Source of the DNA: Patescibacteria group bacterium
Lineage (GTDB): Bacteria > Patescibacteriota > Microgenomatia > UBA10105 > UBA927
DNA: 64,000 nt
NCBI GenBank assembly: GCA_023379025.1
Contig: JAMCTH010000009.1
Location: 213,318 to 277,317, forward strand
Direction: 5' to 3'
Shown: piece after piece, positions 28,480-34,960 of the stretch
Layout: the number at the start of each line of letters is the position of its first letter
Position numbering within the stretch: the first letter of the stretch is position 1
The notes under the pieces: model-generated
The model's database searches: none
Seen by the model: only the letters and a program-made list of their open reading frames with translations
Told to the model about the DNA's origin: nothing
Made by a program: the position numbers and the translations under genes

Positions 28480-28836
28480 ATGAATACAAAACGGCGCATC
28501 ATTCGGTTTTTTATCATTATCGTAAGCGTGGTTTCCGTCGTATCGTTGTCCGGCTCGATTGTCGATTTGTGGCAGAAGCGGTCGATCCTTCGTGAACGGG
28601 AATCAGAGGTCAGTACGCTGCAACATGAGCAGAAAAGCCTTAACAAACAGCTTCAGGATGCCCAAAGCCCGGAATATATCGAGCGCGAGGCACGAAACAG
28701 GCTCGGTCTCGCAAAACCGGGAGAAACCGTCGTTTTGCTGCCAAACGGGGGTACACAGGCGATGACCTCCCCTCAGCAGGGTAAGACCGGCGGGGCGAGT
28801 CCTCATTGGCGGGAGTGGTGGAAGCTTTTCTTTTAA
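28480..28836 (+). CDS. septum formation initiator FtsB/DivIC-like protein
   Basis: N-terminal TM helix, coiled coil, and signature IEREARNRLGLAKPGE. Confidence 0.6.
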   Translation: MNTKRRIIRFFIIIVSVVSVVSLSGSIVDLWQKRSILRERESEVSTLQHEQKSLNKQLQDAQSPEYIEREARNRLGLAKPGETVVLLPNGGTQAMTSPQQGKTGGASPHWREWWKLFF

Positions 28837-28862
28837 TCTCTTCCTGAGGTATACTTTCAGCC

Positions 28863-29282
28863 ATGGAATTGACATTTGGGCCGGTCCAACCGATAGGGAT
28901 CAACAAAATACATGCTCGAGAAGCGGAACAGGCAAGTGGTGCCGTTCTCAGAACGGATTTTTTCTGGCTGAATGATCAAACTCAGCGGGCTATAGTCGAC
29001 CTCTTGCGAGAAATGGCACTGCGTATAGATGGGGATGACGCTACACAAGCACAAGCGTATTATGACGCCGTTTTAAATAGCCATAGGAATGAAAGAGAAA
29101 TACTCGTTAGAGATGAACAGGATGTCGATTGGTCCGAAGTACAGCATTATATATGTACCAGCTGTTTTACTATATGGCATGACATGGAACCGCCTGAACT
29201 TGTTGCCAGGCGCGTGGGGTCGGAATATACCGCGTATTGGGGGCTTATGGAGATGGGGCCAACGTGGGACGATTTGTTCTAA
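28863..29282 (+). CDS. hypothetical protein
   Basis: 139-aa ORF, no recognisable motifs. Confidence 0.3.
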   Translation: MELTFGPVQPIGINKIHAREAEQASGAVLRTDFFWLNDQTQRAIVDLLREMALRIDGDDATQAQAYYDAVLNSHRNEREILVRDEQDVDWSEVQHYICTSCFTIWHDMEPPELVARRVGSEYTAYWGLMEMGPTWDDLF

Positions 29283-29307
29283 CAGAAAACCATCCCATTA
29301 ATCCAAG

Positions 29308-29379
29308 TGCCAGGGGAGAGGATCGGACTCTCGACCGTCACCTTATGAAGATGCTGCTCTACCGCTGAGCTACCCTGGC
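29308..29379 (-). tRNA. tRNA-Met (anticodon CAT; elongator Met or lysidine-type Ile2 cannot be distinguished)
   Basis: Reverse complement folds as acceptor GCCAGGG/CCCTGGC, D-arm GCTC-AGCGGTA-GAGC, anticodon loop TTCATAA on a 4-bp stem with one G·A mismatch, T-arm GAGAG-TCCGATC-CTCTC, discriminator A. Confidence 0.6.
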
Positions 29380-29564
29380 CTGAAGTACGTGCTTATTTTA
29401 CGGAAATTACGGGTGAAAGGCAATCAATGAGCAGGAGAACTGAGGTGATTTATAAGGGTGAGGGAGTCTATGGACATGAAGATTTTCAGGATGCATTTCT
29501 CCAGAATACCCCTTTGGGTTGTTGCCAAAAGACTCTCAATGCGCGGACTTTCTGTGCACGTTCC

Positions 29565-29618
29565 GGGTCCGGGAGCCCTTTCGACTCAAAGACCCGCTCA
29601 GGATAAACTACTCCTCCC
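29565..29618 (+). repeat. module-2 repeat copy A (GGGTCCGGGAG...CTCAGGATAAACTACTCCTCCC)
   Basis: About 70% identical over 54 nt to copy B at 32809-32862 (aligned by eye); preceded at 29525-29546 by CCAAAAGACTCTCAATGCG, which matches the left arm of the 32872-32902 hairpin. Confidence 0.5.
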
Positions 29619-29669
29619 GGCAGGAGGTGCAAATAAAAATCCTCCATAATGAGGGTCTTTATTATATCT

Positions 29670-29703
29670 GTTGCGGGGAGTACAAGAACTTAGAACCTAT
29701 TAT
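29670..29703 (+). repeat. R1: 34-nt direct repeat GTTGCGGGGAGTACAAGAACTTAGAACCTATTAT (tRNA 3'-half-like on minus strand)
   Basis: Family of four close copies (R1-R4), all same orientation; reverse complement ends CCCCGCAAC like the 3' end of the initiator-like tRNA at 32910-32979. Confidence 0.55.
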
Positions 29704-29803
29704 CTTCAAGATTTGCCCAATACAACTTAGCAGTTGCAGATTTTAATATATAAAGTCAATGCTGATTGAGGTAAAATAGGCCGTCTTAACAATCTAAATG
29801 TAA

Positions 29804-29837
29804 GTTGTGTGGAGTACGAAAAATTGGAACCTATCAG
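29804..29837 (+). repeat. R2: GTTGTGTGGAGTACGAAAAATTGGAACCTATCAG
   Basis: Second copy of the R family, 35 bp upstream of the radical-SAM fragment ORF. Confidence 0.5.
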
Positions 29838-29872
29838 TTGACCGTTTACATCTTTTTCCACTAGTTTAGCCC

Positions 29873-30673
29873 GTGAGCGATTCAGATTGTACTATTCTCC
29901 TTGGGGAACTCACCGAGGTTTTGGAAGTACAATTTGATTCTCCGCCTGATTACAGTTTATTCAAAGGAGAAAAATGTATCCCAAGACTCATGTTGAGCGA
30001 TGGCTGTTTATTCCGTTGTTCTTTTTGTACCGTCCCCACCACATTAACAGTCGTATCTCCTGGGAAAATAGAAGAACAGGTAGAGGAACTTAAGGTTCTT
30101 GATTTTAAGCTCATTTTTATCAATGATAAATCATTTGGACAAGCCAAAAATTGGCGAGCAATACGCGAAGTTTTCGAGCAAGTACATAGATACAATCAAG
30201 ATTTCTTAGGATTTATCGTCCAAACGCCTCCCAGTTTAGCTTTAAAGGATCGACTGATGGAAGCTGCGGTCGATTTAGGAGTAAAATATATGGAGTTTGG
30301 AGTAGAAACGGTCAGTGATGAACATCTTGCGTTGTTTAATAAGCCTTATCGTGTAAAACATTTAGATGAAGCATGTGAACGAGCACGGCGATTAGGACTC
30401 AAGATTATCCCAAATTTTATCTTAGGAATTCCTGGAGATGATTACAAGGCAACCATTGAATGGGTGACGAGAAATAGAGATATTATTCCTGTTGTCAATA
30501 TTAACTTTTTAGCGCTTCATTTTGGGAATATGCGAGGTAGACTGCCATGGCAGTCACAGACGTTAGGCGATCGAGATCAAAACGTGGCGAAAAAGTCATG
30601 GCTTTCCCAGGATGACCTAGCTCGCATGAGAGATGCCATGGAAACTATATATGCAATCACCTCAGGGAGCTAA
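29873..30673 (+). CDS. radical SAM domain protein, apparently N-terminally truncated (B12-binding radical SAM-like core without the B12 domain)
   Basis: CxxxCxxC motif CLFRCSFC at aa 45-52 preceded by the typical IPRLMLSDGC context; only ~30 aa upstream of the cluster instead of a cobalamin-binding domain; begins right after repeat R2. Confidence 0.5.
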   Translation: MSDSDCTILLGELTEVLEVQFDSPPDYSLFKGEKCIPRLMLSDGCLFRCSFCTVPTTLTVVSPGKIEEQVEELKVLDFKLIFINDKSFGQAKNWRAIREVFEQVHRYNQDFLGFIVQTPPSLALKDRLMEAAVDLGVKYMEFGVETVSDEHLALFNKPYRVKHLDEACERARRLGLKIIPNFILGIPGDDYKATIEWVTRNRDIIPVVNINFLALHFGNMRGRLPWQSQTLGDRDQNVAKKSWLSQDDLARMRDAMETIYAITSGS

Positions 30674-31343
30674 ACTATCATTTGATTTTGGATTTGTCAT
30701 TCCACTCCAGGCAGAAGCACGACCGTTATTGGATACACTCAAAAACAGAAAGCACAGGGATGGCTCGAGAACGATATACACGGGCCTATTCCACAATAAA
30801 AAGGTAAGTCTTATTATTTCCGGCTGTGGGAAGATCAAATCTGCATCCGCAACACAATATCTGATTGACGGCTATCCGGCAAGGACATATATCCATTATG
30901 GAACTGCAGGCGCTCTTTCCGACAAACTCAACATAGGCGATATTGTCATTGCGACACAGGTGATTGAGCACGATGTAGTGGAATTATTTCCAAAAAAGGT
31001 CCCTCCTCCTGTCCATAAAATATTCACGGAACGATTGAAAAGACAGTTGAAAGGTTTTCATGGCTCACCGCTTGTTTGGGGATCAATTCTATCGGGAGAT
31101 GAAGATATTATTACAGCGAAAAGGAAAAAGGAACTATATCAACAACACAAAGGCTTTTCAGTAGATTGCGAATCGGCAGGGTTTGCATTAACGTGCCAAT
31201 TAAATCATGCACAAGGGTATGTATTTCGTGGCATTAGCGATCATGCCTATGAACATACATCATCCGAATATGAAAAAAATCGAAAGGTAACGATTGATAA
31301 TATGGTAAAACTTTTTATCTATCTAGTCATCAGCCACCCCTAA
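30633..31343 (+). CDS. MTA/SAH nucleosidase (PNP_UDP_1 family) -like protein
   Basis: GCGKIKSASATQYLIDGY...YGTAGALSDKLNIGDIVIATQVIEHDV resembles MtnN/Pfs; 41-nt overlap with the preceding radical-SAM ORF; true start likely a few codons downstream. Confidence 0.55.
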   Translation: MPWKLYMQSPQGAKLSFDFGFVIPLQAEARPLLDTLKNRKHRDGSRTIYTGLFHNKKVSLIISGCGKIKSASATQYLIDGYPARTYIHYGTAGALSDKLNIGDIVIATQVIEHDVVELFPKKVPPPVHKIFTERLKRQLKGFHGSPLVWGSILSGDEDIITAKRKKELYQQHKGFSVDCESAGFALTCQLNHAQGYVFRGISDHAYEHTSSEYEKNRKVTIDNMVKLFIYLVISHP

Positions 31344-31372
31344 GTTTTAGGTTCTGATTTGTTGTAAGCCCT

Positions 31373-31813
31373 ATGTTGCGGGTGTTACAGAAAATTAGAA
31401 CCTATTATTTAACAGAGGCGGTCAAAAATTGTCTTAATGTACATTTTGTGGCTATGGACTTTAGCCAAGATTTATTTCCTGATGGAAGTTTTGATTTGGT
31501 AACTATGTCTTATGGTCTTAGGTTTGTCCCTAAAGGCCATGAAAAGAATTTTGTCCAAAATATAATTAGGTGGATGAGAATCGGAGGCAAGTTAATTCTT
31601 GTCGATTTACAATCAGCAAAATTTGAACGATTGCAAGAATTTATCTCCCATTGTCTTTGGAAAGCAGACAATCTCCAATTTAAGAGAGAAGAAAATTTGA
31701 TTGATGCCTTTGGAGCTAATCTTAAACTTATGGGAATTTCTCGCCTTGGACAGGAGAGACTTTTAGCCAAAACTGTTGCTTATTATTTTGAGAAAACTGT
31801 AGGCTATAAATGA
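31373..31813 (+). pseudogene. C-terminal fragment of a class I SAM-dependent methyltransferase (Methyltransf_11-like) lacking motif I
   Basis: Only the post-motif-II portion (DLVTMSYGLRFVPKGHEKNFVQNIIRWMRIGGKLILVDL) is present; the N-terminal GxGxG region is replaced by repeat R3. Confidence 0.45.
31375..31408 (+). repeat. R3: GTTGCGGGTGTTACAGAAAATTAGAACCTATTAT, with upstream inverted partner TAGGTTCTGA at 31348-31357
   Basis: Third R copy; overlaps the annotated ATG of the methyltransferase fragment. Confidence 0.55.
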
Positions 31814-31848
31814 TAAAATATTACATTGTGACGGCCTAAACCTTATTT

Positions 31849-31882
31849 GTTGCGGGGGTTGCGAGAAATGGGAACCTATTCT
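31849..31882 (+). repeat. R4: GTTGCGGGGGTTGCGAGAAATGGGAACCTATTCT
   Basis: Fourth R copy, 35 bp after the methyltransferase-fragment stop. Confidence 0.5.
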
Positions 31883-31900
31883 TTAATCGCGTAAAAATAA

Positions 31901-32746
31901 TCATTTTGCATTTATATCCACTATAAACGGATAATGGTCGGAGGTGCGATCAAACAGGTCTCCACGTACAACCCATGTCGAGGCAACAACGATATTGGGT
32001 GTGCCGAATGCGTAATCAAACCGTAAAAACGGAGAAATGAGTCTGGAGAATTTCTTAGTCGGAGTGATGGGCTGCACATTTGAAGCTGCCATGTCGACAA
32101 ACCCATGAGACTTAATCAACTGAATTGTCCCCCTGTGAGCAATTTTGCTTTCGACTGAATAGACACGGTGCTTTAACCGTCGGGGGAGGTATCGGTATAT
32201 CCTTTGAAACGTCTTCTGAACATATTCGATGTCACGATCAGCGAGCGAATTAAAGTCACCCGTGATAATGGTGTGTTTTCCTGGTTCAATATGCTGCATA
32301 AGTGCCGCGAGTTGTTGCATTCGTCTTTTTTCGGCAACGTCGTCAAGATAGACAGAAAATATATCTACGGGTTTGTCATCGATTTTTAACGATGTTTTAA
32401 TAGCATCCCGGGTGCCCAGAGAAACCGTTTGAAACTTCACAGTATCAGAATTTGAAAGGACCGTTATCCCGTTATTGTGACCAAGTTTCTTGAGGCGGTC
32501 GTCATTGAGGTTTATACAATATGCATGTTTATACTTGAACATCGTTTGGAGTTGTTCCTGGCTATACAAAGAATCCCAACGGAATGTGTCTACGAGAGTT
32601 ACAAAATCAGCATGAAATGAACGGATGCCTTCAATAATCTCAGGAAGAAAATGAGGTGACAGCGACGTGACATCATACCCCTCAAACCCGCCGCTTTCGA
32701 TATTCCATTCGGCAAAACGCGTGCTTTGTCGTTCTGGAGAATTCAT
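31901..32746 (-). CDS. endonuclease/exonuclease/phosphatase (EEP) family protein
   Basis: EEP motifs TGDFNSL and SDHYPFIVDI; 281 aa. Confidence 0.65.
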   Translation of the reverse strand: MNSPERQSTRFAEWNIESGGFEGYDVTSLSPHFLPEIIEGIRSFHADFVTLVDTFRWDSLYSQEQLQTMFKYKHAYCINLNDDRLKKLGHNNGITVLSNSDTVKFQTVSLGTRDAIKTSLKIDDKPVDIFSVYLDDVAEKRRMQQLAALMQHIEPGKHTIITGDFNSLADRDIEYVQKTFQRIYRYLPRRLKHRVYSVESKIAHRGTIQLIKSHGFVDMAASNVQPITPTKKFSRLISPFLRFDYAFGTPNIVVASTWVVRGDLFDRTSDHYPFIVDINAK

Positions 32747-32808
32747 GGGAGTTATTATAGCAAATATAAAAATAGCCCGTATGAACGGGCTAAATTAGAT
32801 TCGGTTGC

Positions 32809-32862
32809 GGGGCCGGGAGTTCCTTCGCCGTCAGAACGGTCTCAGGATAAACTGCTCCTCCC
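32809..32862 (+). repeat. module-2 repeat copy B (GGGGCCGGGAG...CTCAGGATAAACTGCTCCTCCC), preceded by partial R copy GTTGCGG at 32804
   Basis: Paralogue of 29565-29618. Confidence 0.5.
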
Positions 32863-32871
32863 AGCCGATAC

Positions 32872-32902
32872 CAAAAAGACTCTCGAATTGAGAGCCTTTT
32901 TG
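32872..32902 (+). other. near-perfect 13-bp-stem hairpin CAAAAAGACTCTC-GAATT-GAGAGCCTTTTTG immediately 3' of the initiator-like tRNA (minus-strand sense)
   Basis: Seen in sequence; one mismatch in stem; left arm also present as a half-copy at 29525-29546. Confidence 0.45.
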
Positions 32903-32909
32903 GTATAAG

Positions 32910-32979
32910 TTGCGGGGCCGGGAGTCGCACCCGGCCTAGAAGATTATGAGCCTTCTGTGCTACTGTACACTACCCCGCG
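32910..32979 (-). tRNA. initiator-like tRNA (anticodon CAT, C1·A72 mismatch), possibly atypical or pseudo
   Basis: Reverse complement CGCGGGG...CTCATAA...CCGGG-TGCGACT-CCCGG-CCCCGCA-A begins and ends like E. coli tRNA-fMet (CGCGGGG...CCCCCGCAACCA); but the D-stem is only 3 bp, the anticodon stem GAAGG/TCTTC lacks the three G-C pairs, and the T-loop has G55. Confidence 0.45.
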
Positions 32980-33062
32980 GTTCGTTAAAGAACTTTCGTA
33001 TTATAGTCTACACGCATCTAATGAGCAATTCGTACCTATGGCGTATGCTACAATAATACCCT

Positions 33063-33404
33063 ATGCAATCAGAGAAAAAGCCAACGTACGCGACGCCATT
33101 CGGACAGTACATATCCATTCTCGATCACGCGGATCCGAACGTTCGAGATGCAGAAGAATTTGGTTCCATGCTCATCCTCTCTCTGGTTGAGGAGGTAGGG
33201 GAGATGGCGCGTTCGTATCTTGCCAAGCATGGCAGGAAACCGACAAACCTCGCGGCTCAGGAAGATGAAACGTATGAGGAGGAGCTGGGCGACATCCTCG
33301 TGTCCGTCCTCCGGTTTGCCAGGATCAAAAACATCGACCTCCACGAGCGCGTCATGTACTCCCTCAGGAAGGTGGAGAAACGCCAGAGGAAGCCAAAAAC
33401 ATAA
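33063..33404 (+). CDS. MazG-like nucleoside triphosphate pyrophosphohydrolase
   Basis: EExxE-type motifs LVEEVGEMARSY and EELGDILVSVLRFA. Confidence 0.6.
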   Translation: MQSEKKPTYATPFGQYISILDHADPNVRDAEEFGSMLILSLVEEVGEMARSYLAKHGRKPTNLAAQEDETYEEELGDILVSVLRFARIKNIDLHERVMYSLRKVEKRQRKPKT

Positions 33405-33475
33405 ACAAGCCCCGTCGTAATCCTTCGGGTGAATACCTCTGAGGGTTTGTTATACAATGAAGGAGCAATAAACCT

Positions 33476-34912
33476 ATGAAACGCTTTCTTTCCGGTATTA
33501 CGCCCTCTGGGGACGGGAGCCTCCATATAGGCAATTACCTCGGTGCCGTCAGACAGTTCATCTCGCTGTCCCGCGACAACGAGGCGTTCCTCATGATTGC
33601 CGACCTGCACGCGCTCACGACCATCCGGGATAAGAAACGGCTGGAGCATAACGTGGAGGAGTTGGTACGTAATGAACTCGCGCTCCTTATGGGAACGCTC
33701 GGCGGGGAGCTTCCGAACATCACGTTTTTCCGCCAGTCCGATGTCCCGGCGCATACGGAACTCCAGTCGATTCTCAATAACGTGACGCCATTGGGGCTCG
33801 TCAAGCGTGCCCACGCATACAAGGATAAACTGGAGAAGGAGAGCGCGGAGGAGGATATAAACCTCGGCCTTTTCAACTATCCGGTCCTTATGGCCGCGGA
33901 CATTCTGCTCTATCAGACGGACTTCGTGCCGGTCGGGAAGGACCAGAAGCAGCATATTGAAATTACGAGAGATATTGCCGGACGATTTAATAAGACGTTC
34001 TGCAAAAAAATTTTTAAACTTCCTGAACCGTACATTCCTGAAGAAGTTTCCGTCATCATGGGGACGGACGGGAAACGCAAGATGAGTAAATCGCTCGGAA
34101 ACATCATCAGCATCTTTGAGCCGGAAGAGGTAATCCGGAAACAAGTGATGGAGACGTATACAGATCCCGCTCGGATTCATGCAACTGACCTCGGACATAT
34201 AGCAGGAAACATGGTGTTCCGGTACCTCGAATTTTTCGGTACTAAACAGAAAGTCGACGAATTGAAAGAAGCCTACAAAAAAGGCCAGGTGGCTGATGTT
34301 GAGGTAAAAAATTATTTGTATGCATCGCTTCTCAAAACGTTCGCTCCGGCGCGGGAGAAATATCATGCGTTGGCAAACAACCCGGAAGCGGTCAGGGAGA
34401 TTTTACAGGAAGGCGCCCGAAAGGCAAACGCCGTTGCCTCCCGGACAATGGTGGAAGCGAGGAGGACGATTGGCCTCTCGAACGCCTACTCGTGTCCTTC
34501 CGGTTCATCATATACGCCTGTACCGTCAGAAAGGCAAAATCAAGGTCTGACCCCGGTTACCCCGGTTACACTGGCTGAGTTTGCTCGGATGGAAATACGG
34601 GTCGGTAAAGTTATTGAAGCATCGAATAAAGAAGGCAGCGAAAAGCTTATCCGGCTGGTTGTTGATGTGGGTGAAACCAAGCCACGAATTATATTTACCG
34701 GCGTACGGGGGTTTGGGTATACGCCGGAAGACTTTGCCGGCAAGCAGTTTCTCTTTATCACGAACCTCGCGCCGCGCAAAATGATGGGCGAGGAGTCTCA
34801 GGGTATGATCCTTGCTGTTGACGGAAACGAACGGCCTCGTGGTGAGCATGACGCAAAAAAGCCGGTGTTTATCACCGCAGAAGGTATGCCATTGGGCGCA
34901 AAAGTGCGCTGA
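33476..34912 (+). CDS. trpS: tryptophan--tRNA ligase fused to a C-terminal EMAP/Myf-type tRNA-binding domain
   Basis: Class I motifs: HIGN-type (PSGDGSLHIGNYLGA) and KMSKS (KMSKSLGN); C-terminal OB-fold tRNA-binding domain (RMEIRVGKVIEASNKEGSEKLIRLVVDVGE...); RBS AAGGAG. Confidence 0.8.
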   Translation: MKRFLSGITPSGDGSLHIGNYLGAVRQFISLSRDNEAFLMIADLHALTTIRDKKRLEHNVEELVRNELALLMGTLGGELPNITFFRQSDVPAHTELQSILNNVTPLGLVKRAHAYKDKLEKESAEEDINLGLFNYPVLMAADILLYQTDFVPVGKDQKQHIEITRDIAGRFNKTFCKKIFKLPEPYIPEEVSVIMGTDGKRKMSKSLGNIISIFEPEEVIRKQVMETYTDPARIHATDLGHIAGNMVFRYLEFFGTKQKVDELKEAYKKGQVADVEVKNYLYASLLKTFAPAREKYHALANNPEAVREILQEGARKANAVASRTMVEARRTIGLSNAYSCPSGSSYTPVPSERQNQGLTPVTPVTLAEFARMEIRVGKVIEASNKEGSEKLIRLVVDVGETKPRIIFTGVRGFGYTPEDFAGKQFLFITNLAPRKMMGEESQGMILAVDGNERPRGEHDAKKPVFITAEGMPLGAKVR

Positions 34913-34960
34913 CACACGGCACATATCCTCCGGCTCCGTTCCGTGCTATAATTTACGGTT

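Noticed and set aside
29670-31882. R1-R4 as a degenerate CRISPR array
   Set aside because: Spacing is irregular (134, 1571 and 474 bp), full-length genes lie between copies, the copies are only ~75% identical, and no cas genes are present; a tRNA-3'-half / att-like origin fits better.
29670-31882. Integron cassette array with R copies as attC sites
   Set aside because: The repeats are direct, not the imperfect palindromes of attC; GTTGCGG does not match the GTTRRRY core; the recombinase is Xer-like and not divergently adjacent to an attI-like site.
33405-33475. Possible T-box leader upstream of trpS
   Set aside because: Only ~70 nt of leader with a short imperfect inverted repeat; far too short for a T-box riboswitch (about 200-300 nt) and no specifier/T-box sequence seen.
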